This document shows positions 40,097 to 50,241 of a stretch of 64,000 nucleotides of DNA, piece after piece. The notes under the pieces were generated by a model, which made no database searches, was not told the DNA's origin, and saw nothing but the letters and a program-made list of their open reading frames with translations. How positions within the stretch are numbered: position 1 is the stretch's first letter; each line of letters begins with the position of its first letter. This DNA is from Spirulina sp. (GTDB lineage Bacteria; Cyanobacteriota; Cyanobacteriia; Phormidesmidales; Phormidesmidaceae). The stretch lies in contig JBIPSI010000006.1 of assembly GCA_044070495.1 (NCBI GenBank), forward strand, positions 64,001-128,000, written 5' to 3'. The position numbers and the translations under genes are program-made.

Positions 40097-41251
40097 ATGT
40101 GGCGATGTACTTTGCTGATGGCGGCTACCCTATGGAGCATGGGTTTGGCCGGGGCGGCGGCGGCCTTTACCGACACCATGGGACATTGGGCTAGCCCCTG
40201 CATTGATCAACTCCAGGCCAGGGGCAAAATTGCCGGTTACCCCGACGGCACCTTTCGACCCAATGGGCCAGTGAATCGGGCGGAGTATGCCGCTGTGCTG
40301 CTCAAAGCCTTTCCAAGGGTCGATCATTGGCTTTCGGCCCCAACCGCCCCGGAGGTACTGCGAAATCCTGGCTTTTCCTACTGGTACGAAGACCCCCAGC
40401 GCCCGGAGGATGAACGGCGATCCCCCTACTCCTGGGACCCGCAGCCGGTGAATTTTGTCGATATTCAGCCCGATTTCTGGGGCTATACAGCCGTGCGGCA
40501 GGCGGCAGGGCGGCGCATGTTTGCGGGCTATCCCGATGGCACCTTTCGGCCCAATCAGTTGATCCCTAGGGTGCAGGCCATCGCCGTGCTGGCCAAGGAA
40601 ATGCGCTATGCCGATGCCCCCGATCCAGAGGCCGTGCTGACCCGCTACTTCGATGATGCGGCAGCTATTCCCGGCTATGCCAGAAACGCCATTGCCACGG
40701 CAACGGTGGGACGGCTGGCGGTGAATGGCCCCAATGTGCGCCAGTTTCGGCCCAACCAAAGCACCACCCGTGGAGAGGTCGCGGCGTTGCTCTGTCAGGC
40801 GATGGGCTTAGCCCGGACGGTACCCCTCGACTACATTGCCGCCGGGGATCAGTTCACCATTCCCCCAGAGGCCGGGGGACGTCGCCCCTTTTCCGAAGGG
40901 TTGGCGGTGGCTGAGGTAAATGGCCAATTTGGCTATATCGACACCGAAGGTAATCTGGCCATTCGGCCCCGTTATGAGCAGGCGGGGGACTTTAAAGATG
41001 GCTTTGCCCAAGTGGTGCAGAGTGGACAACCGGGCTTTATCAACCGGGCTGGGGCCTTGGTTACGCCCCCCGTCGGCTATATGCCTGCATCGGAAGATTT
41101 TAACCTGGTAGAACCCTCGGATGGCCTGTGGTTCCGGGCCCACAACGCCCGCATCATTGAGTACATAGTCGGCTTTGGCGGCGAGCAAGCACCCGATTAT
41201 TCCACGCGGGCTGTGGGGGGCATTTGGGGCTATTTCTCCTCGCCCGACTAA
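40097..41251 (+). CDS. S-layer homology (SLH) domain protein with WG repeats
   Basis: Signal peptide; three SLH repeats (GYPDGTFRPN twice, FRPNQSTTRGE); FSEGLA...GYID and FKDGFA...GFIN repeats. Confidence 0.88.
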   Translation: MWRCTLLMAATLWSMGLAGAAAAFTDTMGHWASPCIDQLQARGKIAGYPDGTFRPNGPVNRAEYAAVLLKAFPRVDHWLSAPTAPEVLRNPGFSYWYEDPQRPEDERRSPYSWDPQPVNFVDIQPDFWGYTAVRQAAGRRMFAGYPDGTFRPNQLIPRVQAIAVLAKEMRYADAPDPEAVLTRYFDDAAAIPGYARNAIATATVGRLAVNGPNVRQFRPNQSTTRGEVAALLCQAMGLARTVPLDYIAAGDQFTIPPEAGGRRPFSEGLAVAEVNGQFGYIDTEGNLAIRPRYEQAGDFKDGFAQVVQSGQPGFINRAGALVTPPVGYMPASEDFNLVEPSDGLWFRAHNARIIEYIVGFGGEQAPDYSTRAVGGIWGYFSSPD

Positions 41252-41327
41252 CCCAACCAGCCAGCATTGGTCGTGTAAGCCACCGATATTTCATCGGTCG
41301 TTTAGTCCAGCAAAAAAACAGTCCAGC

Positions 41328-41370
41328 AAAAAAACAGACCGGATTCCTAGGGCAGGAATCCCGGTCTGTT
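41328..41370 (-). terminator. Intrinsic terminator of typA
   Basis: AACAGACCGGATTCCT/AGGAATCCCGGTCTGTT stem with an A-run on the left (T-run on the minus strand). Confidence 0.75.
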
Positions 41371-41410
41371 CTGGGAAGGATCTAATTAGGGCTTGTATAG
41401 CTGGTTATGC

Positions 41411-43201
41411 CTAACGCTTCACCAGTTTCTTCGACACCTTCCGCAGGCGGATGGATTCGGGGGTGATTTCCACCAGTTCCTCAGGGCCGATGTATTCTAG
41501 CGCCCGCTCCAGGCTCATGTCGATGGGGCTTTGGAGCTGCACCAGTTCGTCACCGCTAGCGGCCCGATGGTTGGTGAGCTGTTTGGTTTTGCAGATATTC
41601 AGCTCAAGATCCTGGTTGCGGTTGTGCTCACCCACAATCATGCCCTTATACACCTTAGTGCCGGGGGTAATGAAGAACACGCCGCGATCCTCAGCGTTCT
41701 TGAGGGCGTAGAAGGTGGCCACGCCTTCCTCAAAAGCAATCAACACCCCGTTGCGGCGAGCCTCGATATCGCCACAGAGGGGCCGATAGTCAAGGAAGCT
41801 GTGGTTCATAATGCCTTCCCCACGGGTCAGGCGCATAAACTCACCGCGAAAGCCAACCAGTCCCCGTGCCGGAATCACAAACTCTAGGGTGGCGCGGCCA
41901 TCGCCCATCACCCGCATGTCTTGCATTTCGGCCCGCCGCTGGCCCAGGCGTTCCATACAGCCGCCCACGCCCTCTTCCGGTACGTCCAGAATCAGCAGTT
42001 CGTAGGGTTCGCAGGGTTGGCCGTTCACTTCCCGGTAGATCACCTGGGGCTGAGACACCTGGAACTCGTAGCCTTCCCGGCGCATGGTTTCAATCAAAAT
42101 GCCCAGGTGCAGTTCCCCCCGACCGGAGACCGCAAAGCGATCCGGAGAGTCGGTGGGTTCTACCCGCAGGGCCACGTTGGTTTCCAGTTCGCGCATCAGG
42201 CGATCCCGCAGTTGTCGGGAGGTGACAAAGCTGCCCTCCTGCCCCGCAAAGGGGGAATCGTTGACCACAAAGGTCATTTGCAGGGTGGGCTCGTCTACCT
42301 TAATTAGCGGCAGGGCTTGGGGATTGTTGGGGCAGGTGATGGTTTCGCCAATGTTGGCATCGGCAAAGCCCGCCAACGCAACGATTTGGCCAGCGGAAGC
42401 CTGTTCGATTTCAATCCGGCGCAGTCCTTCAAAGCCCAGCAGTTTGGAGATTTTGGACTTCACCATGCTGCCGTCTTCCTTAATCAGCGCGGCCTGCTGT
42501 CCGGCGGTGATGGTGCCGTTGTGGATTTTCCCGATCACAATGCGGCCCAGGTATTCGGAATAGTCGAGGGTCGTCACCTGGATCTGGAGGGGCTTGTCCA
42601 CATCGCCCACCGGGGGCGGCACATGGTCGAGGATGGACTCGAACAGGGGCTGCATATCGACGCTCTCGTCTTCCAGTTGCAGCTTGGCAAAACCCGCCAT
42701 CCCAGAGGCGAACAGGTAGGGAAACTCGCACTGGTCGTCGTCGGCCCCCAGTTCCAGGAACAGATCCAGCACCTTATCCACCGCGCCGTGGGGTTCGGCC
42801 TGGGGACGGTCAATTTTGTTGATGACGACGATGGGACGCAGACCCTTTTCCAGGGCTTTTTTCAGCACAAAGCGGGTCTGGGGCATGGGGCCTTCGTTGG
42901 CATCCACAATTAGGATACAGCCGTCTACCATGCCTAGCACGCGCTCCACCTCGCCACCAAAGTCGGCGTGACCAGGGGTGTCTACGATGTTGATCAAGGT
43001 GTCTTTATATTGGACGGCGGTGTTCTTGGACAGGATGGTGATGCCCCGCTCCCGTTCCAGATCGTTGGAGTCCATGACGCAGTCTGGAACCTCTTCCCCC
43101 TCGCGGAAAATACCAGATTGCTTGAGTAGCGCATCAACCAGGGTGGTTTTACCGTGGTCAACGTGGGCAATGATCGCGACGTTGCGGATAGGAAGAGTCA
43201 T
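41411..43201 (-). CDS. typA: Translational GTPase TypA/BipA
   Basis: [37 protein letters not shown]. Confidence 0.98.
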   Translation of the reverse strand: MTLPIRNVAIIAHVDHGKTTLVDALLKQSGIFREGEEVPDCVMDSNDLERERGITILSKNTAVQYKDTLINIVDTPGHADFGGEVERVLGMVDGCILIVDANEGPMPQTRFVLKKALEKGLRPIVVINKIDRPQAEPHGAVDKVLDLFLELGADDDQCEFPYLFASGMAGFAKLQLEDESVDMQPLFESILDHVPPPVGDVDKPLQIQVTTLDYSEYLGRIVIGKIHNGTITAGQQAALIKEDGSMVKSKISKLLGFEGLRRIEIEQASAGQIVALAGFADANIGETITCPNNPQALPLIKVDEPTLQMTFVVNDSPFAGQEGSFVTSRQLRDRLMRELETNVALRVEPTDSPDRFAVSGRGELHLGILIETMRREGYEFQVSQPQVIYREVNGQPCEPYELLILDVPEEGVGGCMERLGQRRAEMQDMRVMGDGRATLEFVIPARGLVGFRGEFMRLTRGEGIMNHSFLDYRPLCGDIEARRNGVLIAFEEGVATFYALKNAEDRGVFFITPGTKVYKGMIVGEHNRNQDLELNICKTKQLTNHRAASGDELVQLQSPIDMSLERALEYIGPEELVEITPESIRLRKVSKKLVKR

Positions 43202-43403
43202 AAAGGAAAGGTAAGGGGTAAAGCGTCGGCAGTAACAAACGGGCTACGAAACTCAGCCCGAGCGCCCGCTAACCAGAAGCTCAAGATAAGTTCCGAATAT
43301 GCAAAAAGTCTTAACAATTGTAGCGTAATGCACAGAGACCCGTCACGATCTCTATCAACAAACGCGAATAATTAGGTTGGGGGGGATTGTTCAATTCCCT
43401 TGG

Positions 43404-43489
43404 CTCTCACCCTAAATCCCTCTCCCAAGTTGGGAGGGACCTTGAAGCACTTCCGACTCCCTCCTAGGAGAGGAGTTGGGGGTGGGGGT
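43404..43489. repeat. Repeat family B, copy 2
   Basis: CTCACCCTAAATCCCTCTCCCAAGTTGGGAGGG...GAGAGGAGTTGGGGGTGGGG. Confidence 0.65.
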
Positions 43490-43529
43490 TGAGTTAGTCC
43501 AATAAAAGTCCAACCATAAAAAGCCCCAT

Positions 43530-43553
43530 AAAAAAGGGGTGCCGGAGCACCCC
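43530..43553 (-). terminator. Intrinsic terminator of petCA
   Basis: GGGGTGC-CGGA-GCACCCC stem with a T-run on the minus strand. Confidence 0.8.
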
Positions 43554-43590
43554 AGTGATTCATGGTGGCTTGGCCAACGGTGGCTAAGCC

Positions 43591-44589
43591 TTAGAAGCTA
43601 AGTTCGGCGGCTTGGACGCGCTCCACCTGCTTCTTCTTCAGCACCAGCATGATTTGGGTCAGCATGACCGCCGCCACGAAGGCGATCAGACCCTTAATCC
43701 GGTTGGGGCTTTGCAGCACGATTTCGGTATCCATTTGGCCGAAACCGCCCACGTTGGGGTTGGTGGTCAGGGGCTTGCCTGCTTCCACGGCATCGCCTTC
43801 GGAGACGAGGAGTTCGGGGCCAGCGGGGATGGTATCCACGACGGCTTCGCCGTCATCGGTGGTCAGGGTCACGGCATAGCCACCATCGGCTTGAGCAGCA
43901 ATGGCCGTCACGGTGCCAGAGGCAGAGGCGTTGACGACGTAGTTATTGCTGTTCAGACCCGTGGGATACACCTGGCCACGACCCCGGTTGCCGCCGACGT
44001 GGATTTGGTACTTACCAAAGGAAACAGCCTTGTTGTTGGCCGGGTCGGGGGAGAGAATTGGGAAGACGATCTCCTGATACTGTTCGCCCGGTAGGGGGCC
44101 GACAAGGAGGATGTTCTCCTGGGTGTCGCTATAGGGCATAAAGTAGGTGCCGCCCACTTCTTCGGCCAGATCCTCAGGGATCCGATCCGCTGGGGCCAGC
44201 TTAAAGCCCTCAGGCAGCACCACCACGGCACCGACGTTGAGGCCACCCTTGCTGCCATCGCCCAGCACTTGCTGGGTATTCAGGTCGTAGGGGATTTCCA
44301 CCTTCAGGGGGAAAACAGTGTCGGGTAGAACGGCTTGGGGGACTTCTACCTTGGTGGGCTTGGCCGCTAAGTGGCAGTTGGCGCAAACAATTCGGCCCGT
44401 GGCTTCGCGGGGAACTTCGTAGTTTTCCTGTGCCCAGAAGGGATAGGCGGCGGCGGATTGGGGCTGAACCAGCACCCCGCCCAGAACGAGAAGAACGGTG
44501 GCAAAGGCAACGGCAACTGGCCGCCAACGACGCACCGATGAGATGAATGCAGTCATGGGTGTATATGTCATAGCTATGGAGTGTGTCAT
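43591..44589 (-). CDS. petA: Apocytochrome f
   Basis: YPFWAQ mature N-terminus, CANCH heme motif, GGNRGRGQ, C-terminal TM; exact start uncertain. Confidence 0.98.
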   Translation of the reverse strand: MTHSIAMTYTPMTAFISSVRRWRPVAVAFATVLLVLGGVLVQPQSAAAYPFWAQENYEVPREATGRIVCANCHLAAKPTKVEVPQAVLPDTVFPLKVEIPYDLNTQQVLGDGSKGGLNVGAVVVLPEGFKLAPADRIPEDLAEEVGGTYFMPYSDTQENILLVGPLPGEQYQEIVFPILSPDPANNKAVSFGKYQIHVGGNRGRGQVYPTGLNSNNYVVNASASGTVTAIAAQADGGYAVTLTTDDGEAVVDTIPAGPELLVSEGDAVEAGKPLTTNPNVGGFGQMDTEIVLQSPNRIKGLIAFVAAVMLTQIMLVLKKKQVERVQAAELSF

Positions 44590-44614
44590 GGAGACCGGCT
44601 AGGGGCGGTTGACC

Positions 44615-45157
44615 CTAGGCCCACCAGGGGCCTTCGCCAGTGCGGAAGTCGGTTTCCGTCCAGTTGGTGAGGGAAACCTTGTCGTCTTCGGTGACATCGG
44701 CATGGGCCAGGGCCAGAGACAGGGGCGCAGGGCCGCGCACCACCTTACCCGTAGCATCGTACTGGGAGCCGTGACAGGGGCACATAAATTTGTTTTCGCT
44801 GGCGTTCCAGGGCACCACGCAGCCCAGGTGGGTGCAGATGGAGTTGATGCCGTAGCTTTCTAGGCTGCCGTTGTCTTTGACCACCAGGTAGGTGGGGTCG
44901 CCCTTCAGCCCTTGCACCAGGACGCGGTCGCCGGGGTTGTGAGCCGCCAAGAATGAACTGGCGATCACGTCGTTGCCCAGTTCGTTTTTGGCGGTTACAC
45001 CACCGCCGCCGCCGCCGCTAGAGGGCGGGACAAAATATTTGACCACCGGGTAGAGCATGCCCAGGACAGTTCCCGTAGCCGCCCCGAAGGTCAGCAGGTT
45101 CATAAATTGGCGACGCCCCAAATCGGGGACATCGGAGGTTCCAGAAACTTGAGTCAT
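44615..45157 (-). CDS. petC: Cytochrome b6f Rieske iron-sulfur subunit
   Basis: RRQFMN Tat motif, CTHLGC, CPCHGS. Confidence 0.98.
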   Translation of the reverse strand: MTQVSGTSDVPDLGRRQFMNLLTFGAATGTVLGMLYPVVKYFVPPSSGGGGGGVTAKNELGNDVIASSFLAAHNPGDRVLVQGLKGDPTYLVVKDNGSLESYGINSICTHLGCVVPWNASENKFMCPCHGSQYDATGKVVRGPAPLSLALAHADVTEDDKVSLTNWTETDFRTGEGPWWA

Positions 45158-45601
45158 AATTTAAGACTGGTGTACCCGTTCAAATGTATTATCAGCAACT
45201 ATTCACGCTCCCCAGGCTGTGCCACCGCCGACCGAAACTGCGCCGTTACAGCGCCATCGCCTGGGCCGACAGAGCGCAAAACCACTCCCACGGAAGCCTA
45301 GAACTTAACCAATCGTATTATTGCACCATGATGTTCTCAGATTCGTGGCGTTCAACGATGGTCAGCCGAGGGGGAGGAATTGCCTGCCACCTTGACGGAA
45401 GAAAATTGGATTATGCCATGTATCAGGGCTTAAAATGCGTATCTAGTCGGGACTTAGGGCGACGACATCGTGATTTAACTAGCAAATCCTCATTTTTGAC
45501 TGATTACGCTTATTTTTTGCTCCTGAAGATCAAGACTGATTCCGACACCGTATCGTAAAGAAATGTATCAAGCAGGACGGGCGGCAACCCCAGGAGGCGC
45601 G

Positions 45602-45919
45602 ATGACCGGACAGGATCTACACACCCTATTGGTGGACAAGTGGGGCTATTCCTACGACCTTCAACTGCGCCGTACCCAGGGCAAAATTTTTCTTCAGGTG
45701 ATGTGGCGTTACCTAGAGCAGGCTTCTTTTCCCCTCAGCGAGGAGGACTACCTAGCCCATCTCAACCAGGTGGCCCTGTACCTGAATGAGTGGGGCCAAA
45801 GCGCCTACGTCCAAACCTGGATTGCCGAAACCCGCGAAAAGCCCCGCCTGGGCAAGGCCGTGAGTATCCTCCTACCGCTGGGAGATCGGGCGTTGGAATG
45901 GCTGGCGGACGAATTTTAG
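45602..45919 (+). CDS. DUF3067 family protein
   Basis: KWGYSYD, QVMWRYLEQASFPL, PRLGKAVS; divergent from petC. Confidence 0.85.
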   Translation: MTGQDLHTLLVDKWGYSYDLQLRRTQGKIFLQVMWRYLEQASFPLSEEDYLAHLNQVALYLNEWGQSAYVQTWIAETREKPRLGKAVSILLPLGDRALEWLADEF

Positions 45920-46354
45920 GGGGGATATCAGGGCTGAGCCTAGGGGTTGGCGTAGGGCCAGGAAGTCAAAAAGCCTTGGGTAAGGCGGGACAATCATCCC
46001 GACTTTGGTTAATATTTTCTTAATTAATAAATTTTTTAGCTTCGGCGTTTTCAGCACTCTCGACGGCATGGCTTCCATGGCGATTCCGGTGGGCGAGGGT
46101 GAGGCGAAGTGGGGCAAATCTGTCAGCGGGCGATAACACGCCCAGCCGATAGACCGCCACCTTCAACCACGTTTTGGCAGCATTGAAACGGGGCCGCGTA
46201 GGCCGACCTGGTAGAGGTGAGACTCAGCACCAGCGGCAACAATTCGCGTTGTTTCCTAGTGAGATTGATTGCTCCGAATAAGGATAAATGCTCAAAAGGT
46301 TTTGATTTAGGAATGTTAGGATTTCCTAGGTGAACATGCTCAGAGGGGCCTGCT

Positions 46355-47350
46355 GTGATTCGTTCTGCCACCCTACCGGTACAGATGCCGTCGCTTCCCG
46401 CCTTTAGCGACAACAATCGTCTAAAGCTCTTTTCCGGTTCCGCCAACGTCGAACTTGCCCGTGAAGTGGCCCGCTATCTGGGCACCGATCTAGGGCCGAT
46501 GGTGCGTAAGCGGTTTGCCGACGGTGAACTCTACATTCAAATTCAAGAATCTATTCGGGGCTGCGATGTCTATCTCATCCAGCCCACCTGCCATCCGGTG
46601 AACGATCACCTGATGGAATTGCTGATTATGGTGGATGCCTGTCGGCGGGCTTCTGCACGGCAAATTACAGCGGTGGTGCCCTACTACGGCTATGCCCGTG
46701 CCGACCGCAAAACCGCTGGTCGAGAATCTATTACCGCCAAACTGGTGGCCAACCTAGTAGCGAAGGCGGGGGCCAGTCGGGTACTTGCTATCGACCTCCA
46801 CTCGGCCCAAATTCAGGGCTATTTTGATATTCCCTGCGACCATGTCTACGGTACCCCGGTGCTGATTGACTATATCTCTAGCAAAAAGCTGGAGGATTTG
46901 GTGGTGGTATCGCCGGACGTAGGCGGCGTGGCCCGTGCCCGTGCCTTTGCTAAAAAGCTCAACGATGCGCCCCTCGCCATCATCGACAAACGCCGCCAAG
47001 CCCACAACGTGGCGGAAGTCATGAACGTGATTGGCGATGTGCATGGCAAAACGGCGGTGCTGGTAGACGACATGATCGACACCGCTGGCACCATTTGCGA
47101 AGGGGCCAGGCTCTTGAAGAAAGAAGGGGCACGCCAGGTCTATGCCTGCGCTACCCACCCCGTTTTCTCGCCCCCGGCGGTGGAACGCTTGTCCAGCGGC
47201 CTCTTTGAAGAGGTGATTGTCACCAACACTATCCCCATGACCACCGCCCGCCAGTTTGAGCAGCTCACGGTGCTTTCCATGGCCAACCTCCTCGGTGAAG
47301 CGATCTGGCGCATCCACGAAGAAAGCTCCGTTAGCAGCATGTTCCGATAG
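46355..47350 (+). CDS. prs: Ribose-phosphate pyrophosphokinase
   Basis: FADGE, YGYARADRK, DLHSAQIQGYF, VSPDVGG, DDMIDTAGT. Confidence 0.98.
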   Translation: MIRSATLPVQMPSLPAFSDNNRLKLFSGSANVELAREVARYLGTDLGPMVRKRFADGELYIQIQESIRGCDVYLIQPTCHPVNDHLMELLIMVDACRRASARQITAVVPYYGYARADRKTAGRESITAKLVANLVAKAGASRVLAIDLHSAQIQGYFDIPCDHVYGTPVLIDYISSKKLEDLVVVSPDVGGVARARAFAKKLNDAPLAIIDKRRQAHNVAEVMNVIGDVHGKTAVLVDDMIDTAGTICEGARLLKKEGARQVYACATHPVFSPPAVERLSSGLFEEVIVTNTIPMTTARQFEQLTVLSMANLLGEAIWRIHEESSVSSMFR

Positions 47351-47370
47351 ATGGATCGCCGCTCAATGTA

Positions 47371-47430
47371 CCGTAGGGGCGAGATTCCCTCGCCCTACCA
47401 AACTAGAAGTAATCAACCAGGATTTAGGGT
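47371..47430 (-). repeat. Repeat family A, inverted copy (5' arm plus core)
   Basis: CCGTAGGGGCGAGATTCCCTCGCCCTAC...CCAGGATTTAG. Confidence 0.75.
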
Positions 47431-47476
47431 TCGCTCACCAAAACCAGAAATCCAGCGTCAGAAGACCCGTAGCGCT

Positions 47477-48076
47477 ATGGTTGCCGCTTTCAACTACGTT
47501 TCCCCAGAAGACTACCTCGCTGCCGAAGCCGACCGCCCCATCAAGCACGAGTACCGCGATGGGGACGTTTACGCCATGGCCGGGGGCACCGATGCCCATA
47601 ACCAGATTGCGGGAAACCTGTATACGTTCCTGAGAAATCATCTGCGCGGGAGCGGTTGCCGTACCTATTTTGCGGATGTTAAAGCCCGCATTGAAGCCCT
47701 CAATCGTTTTTACTATCCTGATGTGATGGTGACCTGCGACGAACGGGATACAGCCCTCAGTACTTACAAACAGCATCCTTGCCTAATTGTAGAAGTTTTA
47801 TCTGAGAGTACCGAAGCCTTTGACCGGGGCAACAAATTTGCCGATTATCGCCACCTAGACAGCCTGGAAGAGTACGTGCTGATTTCCCAGACGCGACAGC
47901 AGGTGGAAGTCTTTCGCCGCAATGAGGAGGGGCTGTGGGTACTGCATCCCTATAGCGAAGGGGATCGGGTCGTCCTTGCCAGCGTGAATTGGGATGGGGC
48001 GATGGCTGACCTCTACGAGGACGTGGTTTTTTCTCAGCCTGATGCCTCTGAGTCTGGGGAGTCACTAAATCGCTAA
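47477..48076 (+). CDS. Uma2 family (DUF820) putative endonuclease
   Basis: EDYL...HEY.DG..YAMAGG, YPDVMV, VEVLSEST, DRG.KF..Y. Confidence 0.92.
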   Translation: MVAAFNYVSPEDYLAAEADRPIKHEYRDGDVYAMAGGTDAHNQIAGNLYTFLRNHLRGSGCRTYFADVKARIEALNRFYYPDVMVTCDERDTALSTYKQHPCLIVEVLSESTEAFDRGNKFADYRHLDSLEEYVLISQTRQQVEVFRRNEEGLWVLHPYSEGDRVVLASVNWDGAMADLYEDVVFSQPDASESGESLNR

Positions 48077-48080
48077 ATAC

Positions 48081-48113
48081 AGAAGCCCGGTGTCTGCGGG
48101 GAAACCGGGCTTC
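48081..48113. terminator. Inverted repeat between convergent Uma2 and amt genes (probable terminator)
   Basis: AGAAGCCCGG...CCGGGCTTCT. Confidence 0.6.
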
Positions 48114-48121
48114 TAGATTGG

Positions 48122-49600
48122 TTAGTGGGTGATTTCAAATTCGGGGTAGGCTTCCATGGCATGTTCGCCCAGGTCGAGGCCGTTGTGTTCTTCGGTGGCG
48201 GAGACCCGGATACCGATGGAGGCTTTGATGATCAGCCAGCTCACCAGGCTAAACAGCACGGTAAACGCGGCAACGGCCACAACCCCCAGCAGTTGAATCA
48301 GGATTTGGACTAGCCCACCGCCCATGAACAGGCCAGCCAGGGGACCGCCATCGGTGCCGTACCAGGGGTAAATGCCGGGGCCAACGCTGAACAGACCCAC
48401 CGCCAGGGTGCCCCATACGCCGCAGACCAGGTGAACGGAAATGGCTCCCACGGGGTCGTCAATTTTGAGGCGATCCACAAAGGTGACCGAGAACACAACC
48501 AGGATTCCCGCCAGCAGGCCAATCAGCGCGGCGCTGCCCAGATTGACGTAGGCACAGGGGGCGGTGATGGCCACCAGGCCAGCCAGCACGCCGTTGATAA
48601 TCATGGAGAGGTCGGGTTTGCCGAGGTAAAGCCAGGAGGTGACGGTGGCGGCGAGGGCACCCATGGCGGCGGCCAGGTTGGTGGTGACAACAATGTGGCT
48701 GATGGCAAAGGGGTCGGCGGCCATGGTGGAACCGGGGTTAAAACCAAACCAGCCCAGCCAAAGAATCAAACAGCCTAGGGCGGAAAGGCTGAGGTTGTGT
48801 CCCGGCATGGCCACCGGACGCTGTTGGTAGCGCCCTAGACGGGGCCCAAGCAGAATCGCCCCAATCAACGCCGCCCAACCGCCGACGGAATGCACCACGG
48901 TGGAACCCGCGAAGTCATAGAAGCCCACCGTGGCCAAAAAACCGCCGCCCCAAACCCAGTGGCCCGTAATCGGGTAGGAAATGCCCACCAGCAGCAGGCT
49001 GAAGATGAAGAAGGCCAGAAACTTGATCCGCTCGGCTACGGCCCCAGAAACGATGGTGGCAGCGGTTCCAGCAAAGGCCAACTGAAAGAAAAATTTGGCC
49101 TTGAGAGGTATCCCGGCCCAACTGAGGGATTCGTAGGCTCCCTGGTAATCGGCACCGGTGGCGGGGCTGTTATCGGCACCGCTGAGGAAAAAGCCAGAGT
49201 AGCCGAAGACCCCGTTGCCATCGCCAAACATCAGCCCAAAGCCCAGCACCCAAAAGGCCAGGGTAGAGAGGCCAAAGACAATCAGGTTTTTGGCCAGCAG
49301 GTTTACGGCATTTTTGCTGCGACAGAATCCGGTTTCTAACATGCAGAATCCGGCATTCATGAAAAACACCAGAAACCCTGCGACCAGTACCCACAGGGTA
49401 TCCACCGCAACCTGAAGGGATTCGGGCGTGAGGGCGGAGGTCGTCACCATAACCGGGGCTTCTGGCTGGGCAAACACCGAGGGACTGAAGGCCAATGCGC
49501 CGCCGATCCCTAACCCCAGGGCCCAGGTGAGGGCCGTTATCCATCGCTTTCGCCCCCTCACCAGGAAGGGAAGATGCACACTGATACGATGCTGTCCCAT
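48122..49600 (-). CDS. amt: Ammonium transporter
   Basis: [41 protein letters not shown]. Confidence 0.97.
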   Translation of the reverse strand: MGQHRISVHLPFLVRGRKRWITALTWALGLGIGGALAFSPSVFAQPEAPVMVTTSALTPESLQVAVDTLWVLVAGFLVFFMNAGFCMLETGFCRSKNAVNLLAKNLIVFGLSTLAFWVLGFGLMFGDGNGVFGYSGFFLSGADNSPATGADYQGAYESLSWAGIPLKAKFFFQLAFAGTAATIVSGAVAERIKFLAFFIFSLLLVGISYPITGHWVWGGGFLATVGFYDFAGSTVVHSVGGWAALIGAILLGPRLGRYQQRPVAMPGHNLSLSALGCLILWLGWFGFNPGSTMAADPFAISHIVVTTNLAAAMGALAATVTSWLYLGKPDLSMIINGVLAGLVAITAPCAYVNLGSAALIGLLAGILVVFSVTFVDRLKIDDPVGAISVHLVCGVWGTLAVGLFSVGPGIYPWYGTDGGPLAGLFMGGGLVQILIQLLGVVAVAAFTVLFSLVSWLIIKASIGIRVSATEEHNGLDLGEHAMEAYPEFEITH

Positions 49601-49635
49601 GCGATTTTTTGATCTCCAACGCCAAATCCTTAAGG

Positions 49636-49676
49636 ACTATACCAACTGCGGGAAATTCTGAAGTAGCGGTATATCC
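49636..49676 (-). promoter_or_regulatory. Putative NtcA-activated promoter of amt
   Basis: Minus strand GGA-N8-TAC (one mismatch to GTA-N8-TAC), 21-nt spacer, then TATAGT -10 box. Confidence 0.55.
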
Positions 49677-49778
49677 CATTACCCACAGGATTTCCCGTAG
49701 TCCACAGAACGGTACATCCGTGCAAACTTGGGGAACCCTTGTATTCTGGTAATAGCGGATTGATGGCAGGTAGCCCCC

Positions 49779-50231
49779 ATGAGTGAATGGCTTGACCACA
49801 GCGTAATTGTGGATGTGGATGTTCCGGTAGAAACTTCCTGGGATCTCTGGTGCGATCTAGAACAGATGCCGAAGTGGATGAAGTGGATTGACTCCGTACG
49901 CATTCCCCCGGAGACCCCGGAACTATCGGAATGGAAACTGGCTTCGCGAGGGCTGGAGTTTACCTGGCGTTCCAAAATTACCAATCTAGTAGAACACCAA
50001 ATTATTCAGTGGGAAGCTATTGATGGTCTGCCCAACAAAGGGGCGATTCGGTTCTATGACCGCAAAGAAGGCCAATCCAGCGTCAAGCTAACGGTGTCCT
50101 ACGCTATTCCTTCGATTATTAAATGGATGGATGGGCTGTTTTTGGGTCGTTTGGTAGAAGGTACGCTTCAGTCTGACCTCAACCGCTTTCGCGACTATGC
50201 CCAAACCCACCACCAGCCCCCCGCCGCCTAG
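49779..50231 (+). CDS. SRPBCC (polyketide cyclase-like) family protein
   Basis: W.DLEQMPKWM, WEAIDGLPNKGAIRF, DLNRF. Confidence 0.88.
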   Translation: MSEWLDHSVIVDVDVPVETSWDLWCDLEQMPKWMKWIDSVRIPPETPELSEWKLASRGLEFTWRSKITNLVEHQIIQWEAIDGLPNKGAIRFYDRKEGQSSVKLTVSYAIPSIIKWMDGLFLGRLVEGTLQSDLNRFRDYAQTHHQPPAA

Positions 50232-50241
50232 GGCCAAGGGG

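Noticed and set aside
41451..43214. Many long antisense ORFs over typA (also over rplA, nadB, amt, prs)
   Set aside because: Shadow frames expected from GC-rich codon bias opposite conserved genes.
43591..45157. petCA without petBD
   Set aside because: A separate petCA operon is the standard cyanobacterial arrangement.
45160..46350. Riboswitch or ncRNA in the long intergenic regions around DUF3067 and prs
   Set aside because: No motif or convincing structure recognised by eye; an Rfam scan would be needed.
47477..48076. Uma2 gene as a defence system
   Set aside because: Uma2/DUF820 genes are highly multicopy and scattered in cyanobacteria; no partner genes are adjacent.
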